This document shows, one piece after another, positions 1 through 9,698 of a DNA stretch of 51,018 nucleotides (position 1 is its first letter; every line of letters begins with the position of its first letter). Source of the stretch: a virus (taxonomy: Duplodnaviria > Caudoviricetes); IMG/VR virus record IMGVR_UViG_3300020383_000002, positions 1 through 51,018 of that record; one strand, given 5' to 3'. The position numbers and the translations under genes are program-made. The notes under the pieces were generated by a model. It did no database searches and was not told where the DNA came from. It saw nothing but the letters and a program-made list of their open reading frames with translations.

Positions 1-77
1 CCCAGAATGGCCTCTGAGGCCTGTTCTATGTCCTCTACGGGCCTACCTAGCACCTTGGCCATAACGGAGCTTACAAC
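1..77. repeat. 77-bp terminal overlap identical to 50942..51018 (circular contig)
   Basis: Exact match at both ends, inside a CDS; 77 is a common assembler k-mer. Confidence 0.95.
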
Positions 78-188
78 GGCTCCTAGGCCCACGTTGCCAC
101 CACTAAGAACAGTGGCTGCCCCACCAGCTACGGTGGGGGCCACATCCTTAGCAGTCTCTAGCAGTTTTTCATACCAAGACTGACTCAT
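1..188 (-). CDS. 5' part of holin-like membrane protein; continues across the join into 50941..50569 (186 aa total)
   Basis: ATG at 188 gives MSQSWYEKLLETAKDVAPTVAGGAATVLSGGNVGLGAVVSSVMAKVLG, in frame with the 50569..51003 ORF (188+373=561 nt). Confidence 0.85.
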   Translation of the reverse strand, partial: MSQSWYEKLLETAKDVAPTVAGGAATVLSGGNVGLGAVVSSVMAKVLGRPVEDIEQASEAIL

Positions 189-191
189 ATT

Positions 192-1835
192 TTAAGTCCC
201 TAATGCTGTGTAATTCACTCGAATATCAATGCCAGCAGAAACTCCTTCAGCTCGTCCTCCGAAACCTGTGACATTTTGTACACCAATAGCAATAGGCCCA
301 GAGTACGCAGCAAAATCTCCTGAACAAGCAGTTACCCCAAGTAAGCTATTTGGGAAACCAGACAGCCAGTTAATAGAGAACTCTCCATTTGCTTGTACAG
401 TGACAGTACGAGAGCCTTGTTTTAAAACAACACCGTTATCCAAAGTCGTACTGATCTCAGTAGCTTCTTGGTAAGGCACTGCACTGTTGGTAGAAGATTG
501 GCTAGAGGTATTAGCGTAGAGTTCTCCGCCCCCTTCCACTTTATTAAGGAACTGCGAACAACGTTCACTTGCTCCTTCAAAGATAATACCAGTATATCCT
601 GTGGGGATACGCATATTGTTAGAGGTTACAATAACACTCTCACTTGATCCGCCTACACGAATACCGTTCAACGTAGTGCCTGGGCGAGCCTCTATATAAG
701 AGTTCTCAACAACAGCTTTGAGAACATCAGTCAGGAAGACACCTGCCCCTGTTGTTACGCTGTCTGGATGATGCAGAAGCGTACTGTTGGTGATAGTTGC
801 CGCAGCAATGTGGTTGAGGTCAATGCCGGTTTCAAAGAACTCGATTTGCGTGTTGTTAATATTACATTGAGGAGCGTAATATGCCAGATTGTCAGAGGCC
901 TGTGCGGTAACTTTCAGACCGTTAACGCAGAACCCATTACAACGATCAAACACCACACCTTCAATGCCTGGGACATTAAAACTCTCTACATAAAAAGGGA
1001 AGCCTACATAGGAGCAAGAAACATTAACAAGATGAGGCACAAGCATCATAGAGTTAACTGCTTCAATAGTTACCGCAGAAGGGATTAGCAAGAAGTTTTC
1101 TCGTGAACCATCCACCCCATAAAACACGCAGTCTTGAATAAGGGATTGTCCCGCATCTCGTAAAAGAACAAAGCCTCCTGAGAAATAACCACTAGCGGGA
1201 GTACCAAGGAGACCATCTCCATAAGCAATAACGTCTTTCATAACGAATTGCTTCAAACCAGTCCCTGTGCAAGTGACAAACAGCGCAGGATTAGAAGAGA
1301 CCATCTTAGTGTTAAGAGAAAGACCTGAGAAGTATAAACGACTAATTGGAGTAGTCGCTCCAAACTTAAACCCTGCTTCTGTTGCTCCAGTGGGCCAAAT
1401 GATCTCGGAGATGGAACTACCTACCCCTCGAATATTGCAGTTGCACTGGTTCCCATCCACTACAATGCTATCTGTAAGAATGTAGCGTCCAGCAGGGATA
1501 ATAAGTTCTCGCCCACTGCCGCTACCTGCCGCCCAGGTAAAAGCGGCTTGAAAGGCCGCTGTGTCATCCGTAGTCCCATCGCCTTTAGCACCAAAGGCTT
1601 TAATATTTAGAGACTCATCAGGGACAAACTCAGAGTTTTCATAAGTGAAGGAACTTCCTTTTACCTGGAATACCTGCCCTTCAGAAAGATTAGCTGTAGG
1701 CAAATTTTCCATTTCTTGCTTTGTATCCGCAGATGTAATTTGACTAGACAACTGAGAGGTGTCTATTAAATCTGCTACATCTTTGGTTACTGTTCCGTCT
1801 AAAGTAGACAGGGTGTTCACACGCATAGTGCTCAT
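192..1835 (-). CDS. Tail spike / beta-helix polysaccharide depolymerase
   Basis: NIKAFGAKGDGTTDDTAAFQAA pectate-lyase-3-like start, beta-helix-like repeats, fibre-like C-terminus. Confidence 0.8.
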   Translation of the reverse strand: MSTMRVNTLSTLDGTVTKDVADLIDTSQLSSQITSADTKQEMENLPTANLSEGQVFQVKGSSFTYENSEFVPDESLNIKAFGAKGDGTTDDTAAFQAAFTWAAGSGSGRELIIPAGRYILTDSIVVDGNQCNCNIRGVGSSISEIIWPTGATEAGFKFGATTPISRLYFSGLSLNTKMVSSNPALFVTCTGTGLKQFVMKDVIAYGDGLLGTPASGYFSGGFVLLRDAGQSLIQDCVFYGVDGSRENFLLIPSAVTIEAVNSMMLVPHLVNVSCSYVGFPFYVESFNVPGIEGVVFDRCNGFCVNGLKVTAQASDNLAYYAPQCNINNTQIEFFETGIDLNHIAAATITNSTLLHHPDSVTTGAGVFLTDVLKAVVENSYIEARPGTTLNGIRVGGSSESVIVTSNNMRIPTGYTGIIFEGASERCSQFLNKVEGGGELYANTSSQSSTNSAVPYQEATEISTTLDNGVVLKQGSRTVTVQANGEFSINWLSGFPNSLLGVTACSGDFAAYSGPIAIGVQNVTGFGGRAEGVSAGIDIRVNYTALGT

Positions 1836-1844
1836 AATTTATCC

Positions 1845-3917
1845 TTATGTAGTTCGGAAAGAGTGTCCGGTAAAGAAGCCGGTTCCTGCGGAAGAGAAGA
1901 TAGAGACATTACCGTTAGCCTCTACCAAAATAGGTACTACTGTCCCTGAACAAGCAGTGGCTCCTCCGTAAGTATCTGTGGGACGATAACCTACAGGCAG
2001 AACAAAAGCTGTTACACCTGATTGAGAAGAGCCATCTGCTGCCCCAACAAGGTGAACAACACCTTGGCTATCCTTGTAATAGCCTGCTCTTCCATACCCA
2101 GAGTCATGTACCCAACCATTGATCAGAGAGGCCTGAGTGATAGACGGTAGACTATTAAGTTGAACATAACGACCGTCATGGTCTCCGCTTGTGCGGTGGC
2201 TATTCATACCCGCTGCTTGAAGGACAGTAGTTGTGCTAGAGCTTGTACGGGAGGAAGTAGTGTCCGCAGTAGCGGCTGTTCCTAGGCCTAGCTGAACACG
2301 AGCACCTGCTGGAGTAGTTGCCCCTGTACCACCTTCTACAATTTGGTAAGGGTTAATAGTAAAGTCTAGGGAAAAAGGCCCATACACTTCGTTGCCAATC
2401 TTATACCGGAAAGTGTAAACACCTGTAGAGCTTACTGGATTAATTGCAATATCTTGAGCATCACCATTCTCATCCGTGGAAGTTCCTAGAGACGAAAAGG
2501 CTCCCCCATTGACAGAAGATAAAACAGTCTCATTAGGGTGAGTTGCATCGACCCGCCAAGAGAAAGGTTGATTGGCACTCACTGTCTCCCGTAGAACTTC
2601 AAACAAAGCCTTAGTAGGGAGATACCAAGTATCTGGTTTAAGCCTCAAGCCTTGACCAAAAGTACGAGAGAGGTGTTCAACTGCTGCTGAGTAAGAAGTG
2701 GTATAGTCTGTTCCATTCCAAGATAGTGCAGAAGTAAACACTGTATCAGGGTCGTTCCACTCAGGGTAGTCCTGATCTACAATCCCAGGAATCTCTTGGC
2801 GAATAGCTTTAAGGGCGTATGCCGCTTGTAAAAGAGAACCTGTTTCGGTTGGATGAAGGGTATCGTAGCCAATGCAGCCTAGACGACCAATACGCCAATA
2901 GTTCATAATACCAGAACTATCAGCTAGCCCATCTACGTAATTGTTGAGTTCAGACAGGTTGTTGTAACCTGTAGTCGTACCAGAACTAACAGCAGAACCT
3001 AGAATTTCGGAGGTGTAAGAGTTAGCTAAAATTCCAGAAGACGCAAGATTAAAACTAAAAGGGATGACATTCCGATTTAGCAAACTGGCAAGAGAGCCAT
3101 TTACATTATCATGGGCGACTGTCTTTAGATTCAGAATTGAAACAGAGGGGAGGGCTCCCCTCAGAGCGGAGTATATTGTGTCAGCATCAGCCTTAACTTG
3201 CGTAAGAGTCCGAGCATCAACATTAGTCACTGTGTCGTTAAAACCTAACGCATCAATAACAATATCAGGTGAATAAGCAATACACGCATCAACAGCCGTA
3301 GTACCTACACCAAAACTAGCTACAGTGTTAGCTTGATAGTAGCTATGCCCATTGACAGAGAAGTTACCTACATCTACTACCAAGTCTCCTGAAGAGTTTA
3401 ATAGTTTTTTGAGGATCGTAGGCCATGCTTCAGACAAAGCCCCATTCTGAGCAGCTAAGCTGTCTCCTAGGACAGCAATCTTTAAAGAAGTTTCTCCCCC
3501 ACCTCCTGCGTCAAGACTAGCTAGTTTGGCCTTCTCTGCATCAGTGTATGCGTTAGTGTCCGCATTACTTTCGTAAAGAGCTTTTATCTCGGAAGCTGTT
3601 GGATTAACTTCTGCCCCTGCCTCTACTCCATCGAGTTTAGTTTTGTCTTCAGAAAGCATTAGACCATCGGTACTGACTGTCACCCCATTAACGCTGATAA
3701 TAGGGTCAGATGCTGTGCCACTGATTTGTACAGGAGAGGTGGCACTAATACTGTTAATGCCTCCCCCCTCGTTTATAGTTCCAATGACAGTGCCTCCAAG
3801 AGTAACACCGTCATGTAAACGTACCTGTTTTAAATCAAGGTCTATAGAAAGAGAGCCTTCAGGGCCAGTGTATGCGTCATTCTCTGCTGTACTCCCTCGT
3901 AAAAACTGTAAAGCCAT
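1845..3917 (-). CDS. Tail fibre with Mtd-N-like head and SGNH/GDSL esterase domain
   Basis: MALQFLRGS..GPEGSLSIDLDLKQVRLHDG N-terminus; VLGDSL, LGFND and DTLHP SGNH blocks. Confidence 0.8.
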   Translation of the reverse strand: MALQFLRGSTAENDAYTGPEGSLSIDLDLKQVRLHDGVTLGGTVIGTINEGGGINSISATSPVQISGTASDPIISVNGVTVSTDGLMLSEDKTKLDGVEAGAEVNPTASEIKALYESNADTNAYTDAEKAKLASLDAGGGGETSLKIAVLGDSLAAQNGALSEAWPTILKKLLNSSGDLVVDVGNFSVNGHSYYQANTVASFGVGTTAVDACIAYSPDIVIDALGFNDTVTNVDARTLTQVKADADTIYSALRGALPSVSILNLKTVAHDNVNGSLASLLNRNVIPFSFNLASSGILANSYTSEILGSAVSSGTTTGYNNLSELNNYVDGLADSSGIMNYWRIGRLGCIGYDTLHPTETGSLLQAAYALKAIRQEIPGIVDQDYPEWNDPDTVFTSALSWNGTDYTTSYSAAVEHLSRTFGQGLRLKPDTWYLPTKALFEVLRETVSANQPFSWRVDATHPNETVLSSVNGGAFSSLGTSTDENGDAQDIAINPVSSTGVYTFRYKIGNEVYGPFSLDFTINPYQIVEGGTGATTPAGARVQLGLGTAATADTTSSRTSSSTTTVLQAAGMNSHRTSGDHDGRYVQLNSLPSITQASLINGWVHDSGYGRAGYYKDSQGVVHLVGAADGSSQSGVTAFVLPVGYRPTDTYGGATACSGTVVPILVEANGNVSIFSSAGTGFFTGHSFRTT

Positions 3918-4528
3918 TATAGATAACCTTCATCGTAAGAAGTGATTTCTCCAGTAAACGCCTGTCCTTCTGCAATAGTCCAGAAAGAACCTTGGCCTAC
4001 TGTTACTGATTGTCCTGCGGCAATAGACATATTAGGCCCAAAGCTCCAAGCATTGACGCCATCAGGAATAACAACGCTATTTCCTACTTCCTGACTATGC
4101 CAGCTAATAGGGCTGAACGCAGAGGACTCTAAAGGAATTGTTCCAGTCAACTGCTGTTGTAGGTTACTATCCGCAGTTTGCCTTGCTAAGGTTTCTTCAT
4201 CAAGTTGATCTTTCCGAACTGCTTGAGTGCTTTCAGTGGCCCTCTCTATTGTTAAAGGGCCAGTCATAGCATCCCCTGATACATTCACATATCTAGCATC
4301 TGCATCGGATATGGTAATTATGCTATCAGGATTGTTTATGTCAAAGCCAATATTTAGTATGGGATTGGAGTTCATATCCAAGGGAGCTTCCATTTGATTG
4401 GCTTCCCCTGAAACTAAACCTGTCCTGTTTAAAAGGTTGTTGTTTATATACTCCTCTATCGCCTGGAAGTTATCGTTGATTAACCCTGTGCTATATCCAG
4501 AAGATATATTATTTAGTTCTATTGACAT
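3917..4528 (-). CDS. Tail fibre adaptor / tail protein
   Basis: LINDNFQAIEE..NQMEAPLDMNSNPILN podovirus fibre-type N-terminus; coupled to next gene. Confidence 0.6.
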   Translation of the reverse strand: MSIELNNISSGYSTGLINDNFQAIEEYINNNLLNRTGLVSGEANQMEAPLDMNSNPILNIGFDINNPDSIITISDADARYVNVSGDAMTGPLTIERATESTQAVRKDQLDEETLARQTADSNLQQQLTGTIPLESSAFSPISWHSQEVGNSVVIPDGVNAWSFGPNMSIAAGQSVTVGQGSFWTIAEGQAFTGEITSYDEGYL

Positions 4529-4587
4529 AATGTTTCCTTATTCGGGGGCGCGATGTTCGTTATCACACCCTTCTATTGTGCAGGTAT

Positions 4588-6030
4588 TCATTCCGCTGCC
4601 CTCACGGCCATGTAGATGTAGGTTTCGTTGTCGGCTTTAAGTCCCGGTAGATTGCCGGGATTTGCAACGAACCCGCTTGACGTTTTGTAAAAACCCTGCC
4701 TTTCTGCTATCTCTGCGTCAGATGTATTTGCATATAAAAGATCGTTCGCTACATCGGTTGTGCTGATAGAAGAAACACCTCTAGTTGAGTCAAGCATAAA
4801 CCAGTTGCCCGTGCTATTTGCTGACTTTAGCAAGACGAACTGAGGCTCCCATCCTAGACTAACAGTAACGTCTATGAACGAACCGGCGGCGTCAGCACTA
4901 AAGCTCCCACACTGAATAATCCCGCTATCCGAGGGGTCGTGCGCCCATAAATATGCGACGTACTGGCCGCCGGAGGCGTTGAGAGCTGTGCTGTTGCCAA
5001 CGTAGAAGTGGCTATCATCAGGGTCCTGGGGGTATATGTTAGAACTGGCGGCGACAGCACCGGTATCAAACTCGACGTAGTTCGGGGCTCCCAGTGCCCG
5101 GTGGTATATCCGCCAGTCACCAGAACTATCCAGCCGCTTAACTACAACCACCCCCGGCGCAACACCCAAATCATGCGCTATCTGCCGCCCGCTTGTGCCA
5201 TCCCCCGTATACTGCACAATATCGAAGAACTTAGGGGCTTGGCGGAAAGACCAAGCAACATAGCTAGCGCCACTAGCGTTTATGCCTTGATCGTTAATAG
5301 CATTAATCACAAAACCATCGGATTGAGGTGCTGTATAGTTACCTGTGAATTTTGCGTCAGTTGTGTCTGATCTTAAGACGTCCTGATTGCCCGCCAGTGG
5401 CTGCATCAAATAGTGTGAAACAGCGCCGTCTCTACGCTTAAACCAAGTCAGTCCACCTTTGTTTAAAAAATCTATACCATTTATTACTGGGTTAGTGCTG
5501 CCAGTGCCGTTGTAGAGGGCGGTGGAGAAAACTCCACTAACTGATACAAATGATGACGCTGTGTTAAATTCACTGAGAGGAGACCATGCACTAACTAGCA
5601 CTTGCCCTTCATGCCTAACCTCTGCTGTGTATGTTTGTCCTTCCTGTAAGACACCTGCTGGGACAGTTATGCTTAACAAAGACAAACTATTCAAGGACTC
5701 CCATACAACAGTGCCTATTGCGTCCCTCACTCTCCAACTAGAAGAAGTGTGTACATCAGCTCCAGGAGGTGTAGTGGAGAAAGCACTACTTTGAAGAACC
5801 ACTTCCTCTGGTTGATCTATAGCCCCATCTACAGGAGAGGTGATGGAAGGAGTGTTAATACTATCCACTCCCTCAAGCAGGTAGGTTTTAAACCCTCCTA
5901 CCTTAGCTAGCATATCAGGGAGAGAACCTGTATACCCTAGTTGTCTAAGTTCCTTAAACATTTTGTCATTTAAACTTCCGGTAAACCCTTTGTCAGAGAG
6001 TCTTTTACTTAATTCGTCAATTACACTCAT
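4588..6030 (-). CDS. Virion structural protein (Fn3-like domain plus repeated beta-rich C-terminal domain)
   Basis: 480 aa; TPSITSP..YTAEVRH Fn3-like segment; repeated Y.G.G and YVAW/YVAY motifs; first gene of leftward arm. Confidence 0.55.
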   Translation of the reverse strand: MSVIDELSKRLSDKGFTGSLNDKMFKELRQLGYTGSLPDMLAKVGGFKTYLLEGVDSINTPSITSPVDGAIDQPEEVVLQSSAFSTTPPGADVHTSSSWRVRDAIGTVVWESLNSLSLLSITVPAGVLQEGQTYTAEVRHEGQVLVSAWSPLSEFNTASSFVSVSGVFSTALYNGTGSTNPVINGIDFLNKGGLTWFKRRDGAVSHYLMQPLAGNQDVLRSDTTDAKFTGNYTAPQSDGFVINAINDQGINASGASYVAWSFRQAPKFFDIVQYTGDGTSGRQIAHDLGVAPGVVVVKRLDSSGDWRIYHRALGAPNYVEFDTGAVAASSNIYPQDPDDSHFYVGNSTALNASGGQYVAYLWAHDPSDSGIIQCGSFSADAAGSFIDVTVSLGWEPQFVLLKSANSTGNWFMLDSTRGVSSISTTDVANDLLYANTSDAEIAERQGFYKTSSGFVANPGNLPGLKADNETYIYMAVRAAE

Positions 6031-6497
6031 AAACTATAATACCTCTAGGCTCGGACTACTCACGGCCATGGTTTCTGTTAGGAATTTCTCATAATTTGGT
6101 GTAGAAAATATTGAGGGGCTATGCACTAATGTACACCACCCCCATGCCCCCTTCCCCCCTGCGGGGTCTGCCCCCGGTTATGTGATGCGGGGTAGCCTAA
6201 TTTATGCTAGAAAGTATTTTACGCCTAGCGGCACCTATTGAATTGGTATAGATGTAGAGGGTAAGGCCATCTACCCATGACTACCGTCAACACTTATGGC
6301 AACGTCTCTACACTATTCTTGTTATAAATCAGACGCCTACCGGCACTCACCCATGCTTATTCTATATGCCTTCATCTATATCCCAAGCTGTGCATACACT
6401 ACTTATCTATTGTGTTGCATTGGGGCTTGCATTATATGTTGTATGGTGCTAGTCTATAGGTGTTGCTTAGGCAGCAATAAGACAAGCAACAAAGTAT

Positions 6498-6526
6498 TTG
6501 ACAGCACCAGCAACATACGCTAAGCT
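6498..6526 (+). promoter_or_regulatory. sigma70 early promoter 1
   Basis: TTGACA-17bp-TAAGCT. Confidence 0.85.
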
Positions 6527-6637
6527 GTAAGAGTCAAGGCAAGCCAAGCGAGACAGTCAAAGATAAAGACGTTAAAACTCACGTTCGTTAGGCTACAAGG
6601 TTTAGTATTGGCATTATGCCCCCTGCTAAACTAAGCA

Positions 6638-6666
6638 TTGACAAGGCAAGCAACATGCTGTAAGCT
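6638..6666 (+). promoter_or_regulatory. sigma70 early promoter 2
   Basis: TTGACA-17bp-TAAGCT. Confidence 0.85.
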
Positions 6667-6723
6667 GTAAGTGTAACCTAAGCGACTGGTAAGGATGCCA
6701 GCGTCGAGTAAAGGGAAGTAGGG

Positions 6724-6752
6724 TTGACATCCAACCCAAAAGGTAGTAAGCT
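6724..6752 (+). promoter_or_regulatory. sigma70 early promoter 3
   Basis: TTGACA-17bp-TAAGCT. Confidence 0.85.
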
Positions 6753-6802
6753 GTAAAGGTCAACTAGCGTGATGCGTAACCAATCGTTATCCGGCTAGAC
6801 AG

Positions 6803-6831
6803 TTGACAAAGCGGTAAAGCAAGTGTAGTAT
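6803..6831 (+). promoter_or_regulatory. sigma70 early promoter 4
   Basis: TTGACA-17bp-TAGTAT. Confidence 0.85.
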
Positions 6832-6864
6832 GTAAGGCAAGCAAACACGCTAATGCGTAAAGGC

Positions 6865-6893
6865 TTGACAAGGTAGGCAACATAGGCTACCAT
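6865..6893 (+). promoter_or_regulatory. sigma70 early promoter 5
   Basis: TTGACA-17bp-TACCAT. Confidence 0.8.
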
Positions 6894-7498
6894 TAGTAAT
6901 ACCAGTTGGCTCACTGGGGTTGAAGTCCCGAAGTAGCACAGCACTAAGTAGTAGTGTGACAAGGTGAAGGTGAATGTAACCTACGCCAATGTTAAGCCAG
7001 CGACTAGGCATAAGTGGTTGTGTGGGGAGCGTACTAGGCTATGCGACACACTCAGCGGATTACAGACCCTATGATGTCAATGGAATAGCACAAGCGTACA
7101 GTCTGGGAAGTCAGGCGTTATATGCCACTCGGGCAGCAATCATGTTTGAATTGTTGTGAGTACAGCCAAGTTGCATAAACCGTAGTGTACATGCTGACTA
7201 CTATGTTTGAAAGCGTAGTGTGTCTGTATAGTCTGGGAATCCGTGCCGACCGCGCATAACCAGACGTTAAACTAAGGGCGACTAGTTAGGGGCTTTGACG
7301 GTAACAGTAGTCACTGCATCCTAGTTAATCACACTAGCCTGACTGTCATGTATAGTCTCTGCTAGTCGCTAACGGGTTGTGAATCAACTCCCTAAAGATT
7401 CACCCCACTAGGTAAGGCCACCGTTGAATGCGGGTTAATCTTGTCTAGTAGGGGGTGAAGCTTTACCACCACTACCAATTAAATCAGGAGTAATAGCC

Positions 7499-8167
7499 AT
7501 GACCATTACCTATGAAAACCTCATGCAAGCCATTGCCGAAGTTGCTGCTGCTGAGCGTATCACCAAAGAGAAGTTGTCTCTGCTTTCCCGTGACCTGCTT
7601 AACTACGTGCTAGACAATGAGGATATACGCCCTATTAACGCACTGTTAGGTATGGATGGTGACGGTCGTTTTGTTCTCACCCCTATTAACTGGCGTATTG
7701 CTGTTCAATACTTCCATCACTTCATTGCGTTCACGTCTAACTTCGATGATGTAAAAGAGTTTGCAATCAAGGGTAAGGGTAAGCGTACCCCCCTTGTATT
7801 CAACAAGAAAGCTAAGAAGCGTTGGGATGCTAGTGTCTCTACCATTCAAGCGTGGCTGGAAGATCCCGCCAATGATCTCTGGGTGTGGTCTAACAACGCT
7901 GAGATGGATGCTAAGCCAGTGGACTATGCGAAGAAAGTACAGTCTGCTATCAAGTCAGCACTGGATGAAGGCAAGGGCAATATGTCACTGGTCGATGTTA
8001 TGTCAGCCATCAGTGAGCTGGAAGAAGTCAACGTGTACGACCTAATGGGTGCAATGGAGGCTATGGGTGTGTCTCCTGCCCATAATACTGAACATGAAGA
8101 AATTGACCGCATGTTGGAAAATGGACAGATCACTCAGGATGAAGCTGAGCAGATGAAAGCCGCATAA
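7499..8167 (+). CDS. First early protein, function unknown
   Basis: 222 aa, CAGGAG SD. Confidence 0.85.
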   Translation: MTITYENLMQAIAEVAAAERITKEKLSLLSRDLLNYVLDNEDIRPINALLGMDGDGRFVLTPINWRIAVQYFHHFIAFTSNFDDVKEFAIKGKGKRTPLVFNKKAKKRWDASVSTIQAWLEDPANDLWVWSNNAEMDAKPVDYAKKVQSAIKSALDEGKGNMSLVDVMSAISELEEVNVYDLMGAMEAMGVSPAHNTEHEEIDRMLENGQITQDEAEQMKAA

Positions 8168-8170
8168 CAA

Positions 8171-8216
8171 GCGTTAGGCATAGGTCTAGGGGTAGCCTAG
8201 GCTTATGCCTTAACGT
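8171..8216 (+). other. Long intergenic hairpin (RNase III site or terminator)
   Basis: GCGTTAGGCATAGGTCTAGG-ggtag-CCTAGGCTTATGCCTTAACGT. Confidence 0.6.
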
Positions 8217-8246
8217 CTCTTACACGAGAAAATAGGAGGACATAGC

Positions 8247-8366
8247 ATGTCTTTCATGGTTAAGCACCCAATCCTCACCTTTATCATTGGACACTGCATC
8301 AACTTAACTATGTTTGGGGCAGTGTTGTACTTTGTCCTAAGCCTTGTTGGTTGTACGCCAGGGTAG
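8247..8366 (+). CDS. Small membrane protein (39 aa, not in ORF track)
   Basis: AGGAGG SD; MSFMVKHPILTFIIGHCINLTMFGAVLYFVLSLVGCTPG. Confidence 0.65.
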   Translation: MSFMVKHPILTFIIGHCINLTMFGAVLYFVLSLVGCTPG

Positions 8367-8425
8367 CATAGTTATGTGATGCGTTTCTGCATCATTTACA
8401 TTAGAAATATATTTGGAGAGTTGAT

Positions 8426-8728
8426 ATGAAAACCTTTTACCGTTGGCTGTTGAACCTGTTGTTTCGTATTGTATGGCCGCCTAACTGGGTTAGCTTAGGT
8501 TCAGTAGATTGGAACTACGACCGTTACTTGAACGATGCTATTGACCAACAGCTCCCAGTTAAAATAGGCAACCATACAACTATGCTGGGGTCAGCTGAGT
8601 TGTGGACAAGCAATTTCCCCTACTCATACGGTAATGTTTATTCTCAAGATAGGCGTATGCCTTGCCACTTGACTCGTTATCGTCTGCGCAGATACATCCA
8701 TAAGAGTGGCGGCAACCCTTTTAAATAA
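8426..8728 (+). CDS. Hypothetical early protein
   Basis: GGAG SD, 100 aa. Confidence 0.7.
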   Translation: MKTFYRWLLNLLFRIVWPPNWVSLGSVDWNYDRYLNDAIDQQLPVKIGNHTTMLGSAELWTSNFPYSYGNVYSQDRRMPCHLTRYRLRRYIHKSGGNPFK

Positions 8729-8737
8729 CCAGTTTAT

Positions 8738-8811
8738 GCCCCTGTAGCTCAATTGAATAGAGCATGTCCCTTCTAAGGACAGGGTTGTAGGTTTGAATCC
8801 TACCAGGGGCG
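8738..8811 (+). tRNA. tRNA-Arg(UCU), CCA not encoded
   Basis: Acceptor GCCCCTG/CAGGGGC; anticodon arm TGTCC-cTTCTaa-GGACA; T arm GTAGG-TTTGAAT-CCTAC. Confidence 0.9.
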
Positions 8812-8831
8812 CTTATTCGTAAGGACTACCC

Positions 8832-9221
8832 ATGAAAACAGTGTTTGTGTATGGAAGCCTAAAGAAAGGCTTTGGAAACCATCGGCTCCTATCTGACCAG
8901 GAGCATATTGCTAATGGTCTTGTGGAAGGCTTTGATATGTATAGCCTTGGGCGGTTCCCTGGCATTAAGGAAGGGCAAGGCCGTGTCTTGGGTGAGCTAT
9001 ACCGTGTAGATGAAGATACGTTCCGTGCCTTAGACCGCTTGGAAGGCCACCCCGTTATGTATGAGCGTCAGCTTAACCTAATCACCACTGATGCAGGTGA
9101 CAAGGTTGAGGCATGGGTGTATGTCTATCAGGGTAGGACTACGGATAACGAGTCAATAGGAGAGGTATGGAGTCATGAACACTTACGCAAACAAACCTAT
9201 GCATCATGGCGTGAAGGTTAG
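8832..9221 (+). CDS. Gamma-glutamylcyclotransferase (AIG2-like)
   Basis: VFVYGSL, GELY, LDRLEG..YER, AWVY motifs. Confidence 0.9.
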   Translation: MKTVFVYGSLKKGFGNHRLLSDQEHIANGLVEGFDMYSLGRFPGIKEGQGRVLGELYRVDEDTFRALDRLEGHPVMYERQLNLITTDAGDKVEAWVYVYQGRTTDNESIGEVWSHEHLRKQTYASWREG

Positions 9222-9357
9222 GAAGCTCTTCAATAAGCAATTCTACCTTAGTCGTGATGACTTTGAACTCCTAGTGCAGAAATGTGAGGAGGAGAACTAC
9301 ACTGTGAGACAAGCGGTGTGCTTCATTGACGCTTGGGGGGAATGGTTGGATGGCTAA
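9175..9357 (+). CDS. Hypothetical protein
   Basis: GGAG SD, overlapping gene chain. Confidence 0.6.
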   Translation: MNTYANKPMHHGVKVRKLFNKQFYLSRDDFELLVQKCEEENYTVRQAVCFIDAWGEWLDG

Positions 9358-9571
9358 GTATCGCCTATGGTCTGCCAAGGAAAACTTCTACGCATGGTTT
9401 TCCTCTGAAGGTATTATGTTTAGCAGACAACTGCCTGAATCCCCCTATAAGTGCCTTCCTATGGAAGCTATTGGTAGGGTGATGGATACTGTCGCTAGAA
9501 CTAACAAAAACTACGAATGGGTGTTTGTGCCTTATGAACAAACCACGACGGACACGACCGAAGAAGGCTAA
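9350..9571 (+). CDS. Hypothetical protein (likely start ATG 9350)
   Basis: Overlaps upstream stop; in frame with track ORF. Confidence 0.55.
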   Translation: MAKYRLWSAKENFYAWFSSEGIMFSRQLPESPYKCLPMEAIGRVMDTVARTNKNYEWVFVPYEQTTTDTTEEG

Positions 9572-9698
9572 GGTTTTTATCTGGCCTAACTTAACTGACG
9601 ACCAACTGACCGAGGTGGAAGCGGATTGTGTATACGCTGGGTATACAGCTAAGCGTAAGGTTAGAGTCGGTCGTGTTACATGCTATGAGGTGACGTGA
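9534..9698 (+). CDS. Hypothetical 54-aa protein (not in track)
   Basis: MNKPRRTRPKKAKVFIWP...; TGATG coupling to next ORF. Confidence 0.5.
   Translation: MNKPRRTRPKKAKVFIWPNLTDDQLTEVEADCVYAGYTAKRKVRVGRVTCYEVT

Noticed and set aside
4601-6070. 12-bp direct repeat CTCACGGCCATG near both ends of the 480-aa gene
   Set aside because: One copy is within coding sequence, no mobility gene is adjacent, and chance cannot be excluded
6296-6523. 75-aa ORF upstream of early promoters
   Set aside because: No clear SD, odd composition, overlaps promoter 1
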